Assembly (NCBI GenBank): GCA_051362555.1
Contig: CM120640.1
Span: 43,068,788-43,132,787, forward strand
Length of the DNA stretch: 64,000 nt
DNA from: Lingula anatina
Taxonomy: Eukaryota; Animalia; Brachiopoda
Direction: 5' to 3'
In this document: positions 37,501-50,503 of the stretch, one piece after another
Position numbering within the stretch: position 1 is the stretch's first letter
Layout: the number at the start of each line of letters is the position of its first letter
Translations under genes and position numbers: made by a program
Notes under the pieces: generated by a model
The model's database searches: none
What the model was told of the DNA's origin: nothing
What the model saw: only the letters and a program-made list of their open reading frames with translations

Positions 37501-40500
37501 CTTTAAACGAACTATGTACCATGCTGCTGCACACAAATATGATAACAGCATTTCTGCATATGTACAGTCTTAATGTTATATGTGTACTGGTATGTCATAT
37601 CATATGTATATTAGAATGGAGCATTTGGTACTGATATCCTGCATATTAGCAAGGGCAACGCGTGCATGCATACCTATCCCTATTAAAAAGTGAATTTAAT
37701 TCCGAAGACAAGCATTTTAATGTCCAATTTAACCTGTTACTACAGACACATGAACGCTATATATGTACTTATAATGTTAAAGCACTGCTCCCTTGTAAAT
37801 ATAGCCTTGAAAACAGGTACTGGCACTAGATTCCTGCCCAATTCATTCTTTAGGATTAATGCTAATATTTCTCCTTACCATGAACGAGTAAACTCCTCTA
37901 CCTGGGGCCAAGGGTATTAGAAAGCTCCCCCTGTAACTCTGTACTATTCCCTCTCTGACGTTCACACAAATGACGGTTAGAGCTCAAGGATAGTAGAATG
38001 TTATTTTCGTCTATAATAAATCACCCAAGTGGATCCTGCCACCCGTTAAACAGGTCAGCGGTGTGCTTTCAATATGTAATGTCAGTAGCCGAAATGCATA
38101 GCAGCTTTACAGTTTTTCTTGCATCTGCATTCTCAGCTTCATAGGCAGGGAGAGGGGGGAGAGGGGGTGTGTCGAACGAATCGCCCTCGAACTGCCCTTT
38201 AGCCAGAAAATATCTGCTCTAAAGCAAAATTTGAGCTCTAGGTTTTACGCCAACGCGTAGGCTACACTATAAAAATGTCTATTTTCCCCTCCTTTGAAAT
38301 TAATGGCTTTAGGCCTGATGCCTATGCTGATTCTTTTCAGTCAAAAGACTTAGTAGTTTGTAAAAAAAAAAAAAAAAAAAAATCCGCATTTTGGTAATTG
38401 TCTATTGGCCTAATTTGACAAGAACCCCCCTCCCGTACACGTCTTTTGGTAACATCCCAGGGGATTAAAAGCACACCCAGACAGTGAAGTGGACTCGGGT
38501 TTGAATTGCCAATATGTTTCACACTAAACAGTAAATAAACTCGCAATTTAAAGTCATCTTGGTGTAGGTAGGGGTGGGCTACGGGGTCATGTTACGAATT
38601 GATCCTATTAACAAACACAGACCATCAAGCACAGACTGTGGGACTGGATATGGTGTTATTGTTGCTGCATGGGAGTCGATGTTTAGCTGGATCTTCTGGC
38701 ACCAGGAAAAAATTAAACAAATAAATGGGAACAAATTGCTAATCGGACCACACTTGGACGTACATTGTCTGACCTTCACAATGACCGATCAGTTTTGGTA
38801 ACCTTTGGTCAATTTAGCAACGGTGTAAAAACTTTCCAATAGTTTCTTTTTAGCTGGAGTTACGACGCATCATGACTTTCCTTTTCACGGTTGACTCATG
38901 TCCTCTGAAGTCCAAGTTCTACTTCCTTGGCCACATACAAACCGAAAGCAGTAAACAAAAAAACTTACCATTTTGCTTTCAGACAAAAGGAAGAATATTG
39001 GTTACCTGACCAACAAGCAGATATGCAACACTGCCAGTAGTCTTTGGTAATACGTTAATCAAATTACCGTGATTAGATCATGATATTCTCCAGGCTCTGT
39101 TCTATCTCTGTACCTGTTCCTGCTGTTATCGCCTAATGGCTCATGCCTACTTCTACCAGTACAGGTAGGCCCATCCTGTGCAGCTACTGTGGTTCCATTA
39201 TAATTCATCTCAATGTAGAATGTTTTAACATACTCAGTTCTTAACACGTTTCTATTTATCTTCTGGTTTACCAACACAAAATACAAACCACATGTTCGTT
39301 GTTTTTATTTACACACCCCTCTTCTCCCCCCCCCACACTGATTCAAACCACGGTCAGCCTCCATATGATGTTGGTCATTTGAATCCTGAGCATTCCCATC
39401 AAAAAGATTCTTTAAAAGTTTGCCCTACTTATTTGTGTCAAAAAACAAAATCCACACGATTTTCTATCCCCAAGAAGTACTCACCAATCAGCAGGTTCCC
39501 TATTTGATTTGCGCGTCCGATTAACAAGCTGACACTGTACAATTGGGTATCTGTGTAAAAACTTATAAGAGTTAACGCACAGACGTCCCTCGGCCAGGGA
39601 AGTCTTTCGAAAGCGTCCAGACAAGCAGTTTGTAAATTCTTCAAGTAGAAAACACAACTCTCGTTATCTTACTTCCACTGGGTGTCAACTTTTTTCCTTT
39701 CCCTAGTCAAGACATCAAAGAAGCCGCACCGTAATAATACGTATAGTGCGACCGAGCGTTAACTTAGCTGTACTATATACAATATTGACTGCACCACTTC
39801 CAGGGTGACTCATTTGGCTTAGAATAATATTGACAACTGTGGATTCCAGATCGGCTTTTCCGTGTGTATAATAGCACAACAAAACCCACGTCCTCCGCCT
39901 CGACTCGCAGTAGGAAATTCCACCATATGCTATTAAGAGAGAATGTGTCATTGGCAGGGAAGATGCACTAATTGATTAACACTTAACCTTTACCTGATAA
40001 CAGATGGCGTAACATGGTCCTTTTTATGATAGAAAAGGCGCAATGAATAGTACGTCCGCATAAGCCTAATTATGATATTGGGATTTTCTAAGTGAAAAGG
40101 TGTGAGGTTTGGTGTGTCATGGAATGAATAATACCCCTTTACCCCTTTGCATTAATAAAAGCGTGTGATATGATCAGTTCATGTAATTCCATTGGTACAT
40201 ATACAGCAATATCGTGGTGGCATACATAATCTGTTCTTCGAATTGTTAGAATAAGAAAGCGGGAATTCTTAAATTTAAGTCGTAAACAGCGGCAGTATCG
40301 TTTAAGTTAAAGATACACTACTTCTATTCCATTAACTTATTCTAATCTCTTTAGAATACAGTACGGCTCAATTAAATAAATTAATATTTCACCACTTAAA
40401 CTCATTTGACAAGCCCTTACTCTCTTCAGGATTTAGGTATAGATATCTTCATTAGTTACATATACATTGTTTACATTGTTACTAATGATATATAATAGGT

Positions 40501-43500
40501 ACGCAATTATAAGTCTTATTTCCCATTCTCAAATAACATACTATTACTAGTACTTAGGTGAAGTTGAATATTTGTTTGATGTTGTCTATTGTGTCTCTAA
40601 TAATCTTTTTGAATATTGTCTCGTTTTATTTTCCCATAAAGAGGCCATATTTATAAACTCCTAGCACACATTATTGTTTTCATTTTATGACTGGAATGTT
40701 CACGCCCAAGTTCCATGATTAGCACGTTTTTTTGTTTCACCAAAACATCATCCATTCAGTGTTTATTAAGAATGACAGCTGCCCCTGGTGAGAAGACACA
40801 ATGTGTAGTCAAGTGCACCCACATTCCACCGAGATAAACCATTTTTAAAACTGAATAAACAGTCCTTGCATGGAAAAGTTGCTCAAGCATGGGGCGAATT
40901 AAGAACATCAATACATAAGCGCATGCTAGGAGAGAGAGAGAGAGAGATTGTCAAATGCGCTACCATCTAGCATGAACACAAACAAGAATTATACATGTAT
41001 GAAGACATGATGAATCAGGAAAGAAATAATAAGAATCGGAAATGACAGGCACTATATAATAGAGTAATAACAAGGTGTCCTCTATCTTATTATCACATAG
41101 CTATTCTGTGAATAACTATTACCCTAAAGGTCACGGTTAAGCAATAAACCAGCACTTTTTAGACTATTACGTATTCATTTGTTCTCCTATCTCTAACGCC
41201 CGAGACGTGCGATCTTTCCAACATGTTACCTGCGCAGTGAGATCAACAAGTGTCATCTTAATGTATGACTCATATGCCTGACACTTGGAGCTGCTTGACA
41301 GCAGGAATTCCATCGCCGTCAGCTGTTATTATTTTTAAACTTTGAAATGAAACTGCATTGTAATTTTTAAGCCATCGCTATGAAGAGAAATGAAAATTTA
41401 TGACAACTTCTCAAAGAATTAAAACATAATGGGACTTTTTAGCAGCATTGCATTTTTGCGGATGCTAGGTAAAGCAATAACGGTGCAAAAACTTTTATGG
41501 ATATTGTATTTTAAATAAACTACATTATGAAAGTCTTCATATTTGCACGCTAATAGGTTTTTGGCTTCAGTTTTATTTTAAAAGCCACACCAAACACAAC
41601 CAGTTGTTCTCATACATTCCAATGGTAGAGCAAACAAATTTACCCCCGCTGATAAACTAATAACAACATGCACACTTTTGACGTTTCTTTTCTTTTGGAT
41701 TGAACAGGCAGAGATATTGTTCTCTACTGCTCACGGGGTCGTGAAATGAGGGTAACGTTACACTTAAAAGTTAATATAACTTCTGATCCTTGAAGACAAG
41801 CATTGTGCTAGAATTTACCATGGGAGCTTTGTTGGTATGCATCACTAACTACACAACTACATAGCATAGACCCCGATTTTATGAATTAGTTCAACAAAAA
41901 AACACAAGTAAATAGCATTAAATTCCGCGTCCCATTATTTGAAGAACGCTAACGGTGATAGGCAAACTGATTGTGCAACTGACAAGACGGCCTTCTATCT
42001 TTTGATAATTGATAAGGAAGAAACGTTTTAAACATAAATTTGCTCAAGATTTGCTTACCTATCTATGTCTATATTCGTCTAAGGTTTCTTCTCTGTAGGT
42101 GAATTTTCTTTGAGTGTTCTGTCTGTGGGTCCCTATAATAAATGCATCCGGGTATGAACTCTATCCTGCTCCATAAGACACAACGTCAGTTAATGCTCTA
42201 ATCCACACTATAATATTTGGTCAGTTAAACCTAAGTCCAATTTATGGCTTCAATTATTAGCGTCTATGTGGGAGATTATATGAACCTCCTACAGCAAACA
42301 CACTTCAAACCTACATGATGTGAGGAACTGTCATTACCTGTCCACTGATTTTCTTTTCAGTATTTTTTCAGTAAAAGAAATCTTTATGACGTGTTACTCT
42401 ATTCTTGGGGAAATAAAACTCATATAAACCGCTAGGCAGTATCATGTTCTCACCTGGTCAAAGAAGTAACAAATATGTACAGTTGCTAAGAAATATCATT
42501 TTTTTCTGTGTATCGAGGGCGGGTGTGTCGAGGGCGGTCGGGGGGTGGGGGGGGTGGGGGGGTGGGGGGGGGGTGGACAGACACAGTACATTCGAGGCAG
42601 AATAACTGATGTACAGCACGCCCAGCAGCAGCTTGCTGAGAAGGATGACGGTTTACACCCGCAGCAGCGTATCGATAATTAACCGCCTCATTATTTCGAA
42701 ATGGAACGCACATAACCGCGGGATAGGGATAATGGGGATGTAAATGATTCAACCAGTATTAAATGAAGTGTATTCTAGGGATGGATATGGAGTTTGACGG
42801 CCGGCCAATTAGTCCTGTTTCAACTTGGAATCAAGAGAATGCTGGGAATGGGATTAAGAAGGGAAATGATTATTCTTTATTATCTTTATTTCCATTTATA
42901 TGATATTTAAGAATATGGGATCCCATACGGGTTTAAATGGCCTATAGGAAAGAGACAAACAATTTACTCTGCCACATCCCGCTCATTTTCTTCTTATATC
43001 ACGTTATAAGTTATTTTTATATAAATGTAGTATAATTCCCGAGCTAAAATTAACAAAATAAGATTAAATAAAGAAAGAAAGCTGAATAAATATCTACTTC
43101 CGATTCTTTGTCGATGAAAGTGCCCTCGGATATCTGCATAAATGTTGATTCCTCTTTCATTTTTGTGAGTTCATCAATTTATTTTCAGTTGAGATACACT
43201 GTAACCCTGCGGGACCTCCGGTATCTTTTTACATTTTGTATCTTCTTTCATTTATCGAACTATCACTTCAGAATCATTTACAGATATTAAAAATAAAACC
43301 AAATAACTCCTGACTTTCTCATCACATTAAGAGCGAACGAGCAAGATATTGCATCCAGCCTTTTCCTCCATGATTTAAGTTTTTGATGAACGTTTGCCCG
43401 AGTAGATTTATATTTAAATAAATATTAAATGTTTTAAGTGTGCAGGAGTTAAAAGGACGTTGTCAAAATAAGAAATTTCTGTGACTAGTTATGTTTCTAC

Positions 43501-45619
43501 ATGTGGTGTTCTTTAAGTTTGCTGATAAACATATGATATCCGTTTTGAGCAATGCGATACGGTTTATTCTAAATAATTTATTCATTAACCCAACATCTGC
43601 AGCTAGAGGCGCTCTAATTGCGTAATTGCTGCTTATCAAAATGACAAGCCATGCGCTTAATTGGCGTTAATTAATTAGGTAAACATTGCTATTAGCTTGT
43701 TGTTAGAACAGCTGGAATAGACAGTGTTTTCTACATAAGACGGGATTGCAATCTATTAAAGTTCATTATAACACTCACTGCTAAAAATATATATTTGTTA
43801 TTCTAGTCCATTGAGATAAAATCCTAGCTATGGCAAATGGGAACAATTTAACCCACCAGATGCCCTAGGAAATGGGTTCATTACTGTATCATTTCACAGT
43901 CTAAGTTTTTGTCAAACCTGCATATAATTTCACAACTGAATATCCCGTTTCCTCTCTATTACAATACGTGTGCTATCGGCCAGATGTCACACCTTGTGCC
44001 TTTCACCTTCCTCTTATCGTAGAACTTGTCTCTTTATGAAAAGAGAAACCAGACTTAAAGAATGTGGTCTTTGTTAAAACAAGGCCAACCGACAGCAAGG
44101 TGCATGAAATGATAAAAATTTGAAAACAGGTTTGTTCCTCTCACCACTGAGAAACATTGACACTGACTTAAATCAGTGATAATCGCAACAATATTATGAC
44201 ACTATATAATGATATTATATTATTTATAACACTTGTCTTATCACATAATTTTTAAATATTTTTTTAATCTTCTGTCGGTAAACCAGAATACATTATGTTA
44301 TATTTGTATTGAAACGTTTAACATCTAGTATACTGGTCCCAAAAATAATGAGTCAGAGAATCAACATTATTCGTTCAGTTGAACCCACTGCTTAAATACG
44401 ACACACAATACTCCGTGGAGTAGAGAGCCTAATCCAGGCGGACACCGTATTGCCAACGCACAATAGGATCGTATTGTATAGCACACTAAAAGATTACCAA
44501 GGTTAAGTGCATTGCTAGAAAAATACCGTCACTCTGAACATAAAACACTCTGTCATTTATGGTACAGTGCACAGTCGGTAAGGTTGTTCATTGCTACATG
44601 TACAAACTCAAATCATTATTTTTTCATATATTAAGTCTTTATTCATTGTTGGCTAGTCTAATCTTTCATTAATCTCCCATCAGAAAAAATTACTCTTGAG
44701 TAATGTAATGTTGGGTTAAAAAGATATTTCCAAAGACGTTTTGGCATAGCGTTACTTTTGAGGGAAATGATTCGGAGTTGGTAAATCGGATCAATTTGGG
44801 AAATAGTTTCAGAAAGTTTTATTTAATCATGGCATAAACATACTTTGGACGAAGAAGGCGTTATCATATCATGAATAAATGATAATGATAATACAATAAT
44901 CTGCCATTGGGGAGTATTGCGTGGAAATGAAGAGATATCGAGCGGTGGCTAAAAGCCTGCATAGGACGAATATATGGGACAAGCGGGGGGGGGGGGGTAC
45001 ATAAATGCGAAGGAGAACCTATCGGAGCGCCAAGCCATTCCGACTCATTGCTTTACCTCGTACTGCGGACCCACCTGACTGAATGCAATCAGCAATTTCG
45101 TCACCACGAGTACGGAACGAATCTTAGCCTTGCTCTGAACTAATCTTAATGGCCACTGTGCAAATGGGACCTGATTTACCGCGTCTGATTTCCAGGTCCC
45201 AAACATCGAGACCACCTGTCGTATTTACCTGTTGACACAGACTACAGCTTTCCACGCAGGTGTGTCTGGAGGTGTTTAATTTTGTACTTAAAAGACCGAA
45301 ATAAAATCCAAAATTGTATTCACAAATAAAGCTTTAATTACCTGTGATACAGGACACGTCCCCGCTAACTATCTCTTTGATTCCACTTTGCAGCACAGAC
45401 TTACGGTGTGGTTGATTTTACTGCGTTTGACAAAAGAACTTTTAAAGAAGCTGGGGTTATTTTCCAGCTGAACACAAAACGCCGTTATAAAGGAAATACC
45501 ACAAGTTTTACACACAGAGTCCCGAGCAAACCACTAATTGCAATGCCGCTATTCTATATGGTCTATCTGATTTTTTCGTGGATAAAAAAGTATATATTTT
45601 AAAAGAAAACTAATCATGC

Positions 45620-45622
<3 letters not shown>

Positions 45623-45663
<41 letters not shown>
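45623..45663 (+). repeat. (GA)n microsatellite
   Basis: Read directly. Confidence 0.95.
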
Positions 45664-45665
<2 letters not shown>

Positions 45666-47498
45666 CTGCTGCTCAACCGAAATATTTCTATAAACTGTAT
45701 AGCATAAGATAAATCCCGAAAGGAAAGCAATTTATCGTCAAGGAAGTTCCATCTAGATAGATACAACAATCTACCAGTTCAAGTTCTTAGACGGGATACT
45801 CCACATTCATTGCTTCACGCAAATCAAATAATACTGCAGCTTGAAGATCCGTCTGATTTCCTTGAATCTGCTATAATTGTGTCGTTTGCCAATTGATTTC
45901 TCGCGCTTTGTTGCTTGCTTTGTGTAGAACAATCATTCACTTGTGTTAAAACAAATATGAAGTGAAATCGGAAAATGCTTTCAGGGAACTAGAGAATTAT
46001 CTACCAAGAGAAAACCTAGATACTCATTGATATTGATTCACCATCCACTAACAGCCCGGACCTTTCTGACTGTTTACATGTGATCGACTATTTCATATCG
46101 CTTACATATACTCAACATACTAGGCGGTAACAATTTTAAAAATGACACAACTACGGAGTAGGGGCCTAACACGTAATGAAATGTGTTGAAGTCAGTTTAA
46201 AACATCTATACGAAAGGCTAACTGACCTTTTTATAGAACAGCGACACATTATACGCCCTTTCGGAGAAACAATCAAATATAAGATACGAGTGCCACAAAA
46301 ACTGCGTCAAATAATTACAAACCATAATTACATTAATGATACAATGACTAAAAAATTACTCTAGCTGAGATCTGACTAATACTCTATCGTCTGCCTTGTG
46401 GATTCAACTACTCTAAATTACTCTCCTGAAGAAGATTATCGATAAATTAATCTCAACCCGAGTATATATGCTAACAAGTATTCTTGAGCGAGGATTTCTT
46501 CGTAGACAAATCTTGTCATAATCTTCAAATCCAATTTGCTTGCATTTAAGTTTGTGTACGTAACCTTAATTTTACTACAAAGCTCAGATGACACTCGAGT
46601 ACCTTAAACCTCATCTTTCCTACGTGAAAGACAAACCACAGTTCTGTTTCTCAGGACTTGACGCAATTTTAAAATTATTGAAAAGCATAATTGCTTTGTT
46701 CTACAAATTTGAATACAATATTGGCACCGAGTTCTTTATTCAACGGAAAATTTTATCTTGACCCTGTATTGACAAAATACTTGACCTGTAAAAGCAGAGG
46801 CGTGCTGTCCAGCTGCGAAAGAATGTTATTCATAAAATACCGATCTTACTAATGTCACTTGAGACGCACTATGACTGCATGACACTAGGGCCACTGTCTG
46901 TCGCGGGGTCTGTCGACCGTCTAAAATGTAAGGGAATACAATATTTCTGATAATCCTGATTATTTGACATTAGCCGATTTTAACGCTACAGTATAGGGCG
47001 TTATCGTCTGTCTCCTTTTGGTATTAACATGTTGTTTGTCAGACATGTCTTAGTGTCCTGTATCCTGGTACCGGTTGAGTGTTTGTCACTTTGGTGACAT
47101 CAAGACACAATGACACCCCTCATCTGTTGTCTGTGAGACTTTCTGTTGTCTCCTTTTACAGTTGTCTAATATTTGTGCTATGTGCTTAATGATTTTGAGA
47201 GATAACGACATGCATAGATGCATAGAATCTGTTCAATGTCAGGATTTCGACTATCTGACTGACATCAGACATTCCCTGTCGTCTGCTTGACATTTGGAAC
47301 AGTCCATTTGGAACAGTCGGCTTTGACTGGGCGCGCACGTGTTTACAGGTCAGTAGTCCCCCGTCTGCCTGGTAGCAGTAGAAGAGCAAGTTGTGTGTCC
47401 ACTGTAATTTGTTTCAATCTACGACCCACCGAATAAATTGTTTGGAGGGTCTACATGGCCTCACACAGTCCTCACACAGTCCGACACAGTCACCCGCT

Positions 47499-47503
<5 letters not shown>

Positions 47504-47552
<49 letters not shown>

Positions 47553-47572
47553 CGTGTGTGTGTGTATGTGTG
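47504..47572 (+). repeat. Compound (CT)n(GT)n microsatellite
   Basis: Read directly. Confidence 0.95.
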
Positions 47573-49192
47573 TCTTTCAGAACTATCAGACCAGATGCAT
47601 TGAGCACACGCACCATTAAAACAAAACTATAACATCCTATGGAATGTGTAAAAAAAATCAAAAGGAGAAAATCGGTCAGGCCAAAACAATCAACTGTTTC
47701 TAAACACGGACACTGTGCTTTAGCTTTTGTGTTCTAAAGAAACAAGTTCACGCCCTCATCCAACCTCTATTCACAATTAGGTTGTTTTTGTTTATATAAA
47801 AACACCCCATTTAATAAAAGTCAGATTAAATTTTACTACCACAAATATGCCTTCAATTACTGTTTCCCCATGCCATTATCGTGGAAAATTCGACCCGACG
47901 AACGAAAAACGCAGTATATTCCTTCGCTTAACAATACAAAGCCTATGGCTATCTGTCGAATTCCAACGAGTATTACTAGCTGTTTATTCGTATTGTCGAA
48001 TCACTCTTGGGCCAACACAACACAAGTCACGTTTAAATTAGCCCAATTTTATCTCCACCGCTGCCGGCGCAGATTCCACGCAGAACAATCGCGGTTTTAA
48101 TCTGAGGAAGAATCCCTGACATTTACTGGTAAGAAAATATTGTTCAGTTCCGTGTTTAGAATCGACATAATATAATAAAATCAACTTTTATCGACAGCAA
48201 ATACAATGTTCACTAAGTAGTCAAATAAAACCAAAACATAAGGACACGCGGTGATGATGTATATAAAAGAATTGTATTGCAGAATTTCAGCGCCAAGAAC
48301 CGTTAATTATCGCACAAGCGCTGAAAGATACTGTCGAGAGAAGGGGGGGGGGGAGCTGCCCAGAGAGCAACACTGACAAATGGGCAGTCTATTGCCTCTA
48401 TGTTGAATTTTGACACCTGTCAAATTCAGTGGTTGCTTGACTTAATCCTACCTATACTAGCACAATGACTTATAAACCAGTTGCTAAGGTTAAAAAAGTG
48501 AAAACAACCTACCAGTATAAATGTGCCGTTATCTGTGCCGGTAATTCTTTTACGAGCCGTGCAAGGTTCAAACGTCTTCTGACTTATTGAAACCGGCACG
48601 TGTATATGATACAGTCTGTTTCACCGATATTCAAACTCTTTTCGACCTCTAAGGTCTAGTTCTTTAAGCCAAGGCAGACTCTCACCCGTCTGGCTCCTGT
48701 AGATGTGTATCGGTCTTGTTGGTGTTACTCTCCCGTTCTAACAAAATGCTTCAGCTTTACAGAGTTATCAGTCATGGAACTGTTTGATCACCTGCCGTTC
48801 CAGTTGACGAGCTCTTGAATTCTGAATAAAGATCTGAGGTCTGGTAGCACACAACACTACGCTTCCGTTATGACTAAAGCTAAGGTCACTCAGCCACCAT
48901 GTGCGTGGTTGGAATGACAACACAGTAGAAGGGCCGAGTAAGATTTCACTGACGCAGCGCTTACGTCACGCCACGCCGAAAGAAGTGCACGTCGAGTGCA
49001 GCTGAGAAGCCACATGTACGAATGATGAAGGCCTACTGACAGAATATGTGATCTAATTATTACAAAAATATGAGGAATACCTTCACCGTTGATTACGCCG
49101 TCAACAGGCTTCTCATCAATTCGTAATCTAATCTACACGCACTGTAGAATTATTGAACATAAAGATGACGCTGTCTGATAATGCTGTTGAAT

Positions 49193-50383
49193 GTTCCCGA
49201 CCAACACTGTTTGCTATTTTTATGGACCCGTAACCCAAAACTTCAGCACTCGTATTATGTTATTTTGATGACTTGTAACCCAGTATCCGCAGCTGGTGTT
49301 TTGAGGACGGTGGATGCCAGGCAAGTGACTAATAGTGACAGTGCAGACTCATCTCTCTCGTACAGATGACACTTAACAGATATTGGAAGTGACACGTTCT
49401 TAATAAAACCCTAAGTGTGTATTTCGGTTCCATTTTCAAAATGTCCATTAAACATTTTATATAGACCTGTGGCTTTCATTTTAAAGACGACAAGTGTTAT
49501 TTTTGATGTTGCATTTTATTTCAGGTATTATTAATATTGTTATGATTACTTTTGCTTAAAACATCGCTGTTTACATTACCCTACTATCTGAAACATTTGC
49601 ATGGTTTTCCTTCATACTCACAGAGGGCATCGCTTGAGGGGGGGGGGGGGGCAGTAAAGTGAATCTAAGCATTGTAGTTTCAAATGTATAAATAACGTGA
49701 AATAAGAACAAAAAGACTATGGGTCAATGTTTTGTATTCCGTTTGTATGTACCTAGATCTATCTTTACCAAAATTAGTTCTATTCCTACCAGTACGATTA
49801 AGCACAATGGCTCACTCAAATACAAGTTGCATGTGAAAATATTCGTCATGCGGCAATTTTCGTCATCTTCATCCAACACACCTTATTACATATGAAACAC
49901 CTAACCTTTGATTTCATGAGTACGTAATATCATATACGTGATACACAAGACCTTAAAACGGTATCGGCATGTTGGTTGTTTACATCAGAGACGTCTAAGA
50001 ATTTAACACCGTGTGTTTTTCATGCTACATGGAAAGGGCAAATTGTCTACTTCAAGCATACCATAAATATGTTTTTGTTGTTGTTTAAAAACATCGAGTT
50101 ATAGCAAATACTTTCTGACATTATGTTGATCTAGGGTAACGGATAAAACAGCAGATCATTTGAATTTATCTTGTTAGTATGTTACAAGCGCAATGTGTTA
50201 GATGTGCAGCAGGTTCACTATGGTGGTTTTGACGCATTGCGTTGTTCCTCACGGGAGTGAAATTACACAGATAATCAGGTATAAGACAGAAAATCACTAA
50301 GATGAATGTTATACTTCTACCAAATATTTCTCATGTGGATTTGTTATCCTGTGCAAATAATTTATCCCACCCCCACCCTGATT
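49193..50383 (+). repeat. Direct-repeat copy A of the protease 3' flank, upstream of the protease gene
   Basis: 49193-49308, 49362-49372 and 49965-50383 align with 53697-54201; shared strings include CAACACTGTTTGCTA, GACTTGTAACCCAGT, CGGCATGTTGGTTGTTTACATCA and GGATTTGTTATCCTGTGCAAATAATTTAT. Confidence 0.9.
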
Positions 50384-50503
50384 TCGAGATGAGGACCCAA
50401 AAATAGGGGTTTCCATTAGCCACTGAATACAACAGATGATGTTTTTCCCACACCCAGAGTGAGCGGCTGAAAGCTCCATATTTTAACTGCCACAGCATAC
50501 AGG

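Noticed and set aside
32000-49000. Many short ORFs (60-123 aa), including Pro-rich 42486-42752 and those over microsatellites
   Set aside because: Lengths expected by chance, mostly non-ATG starts, or derived from G-runs and dinucleotide repeats; no exon chain could be assembled.
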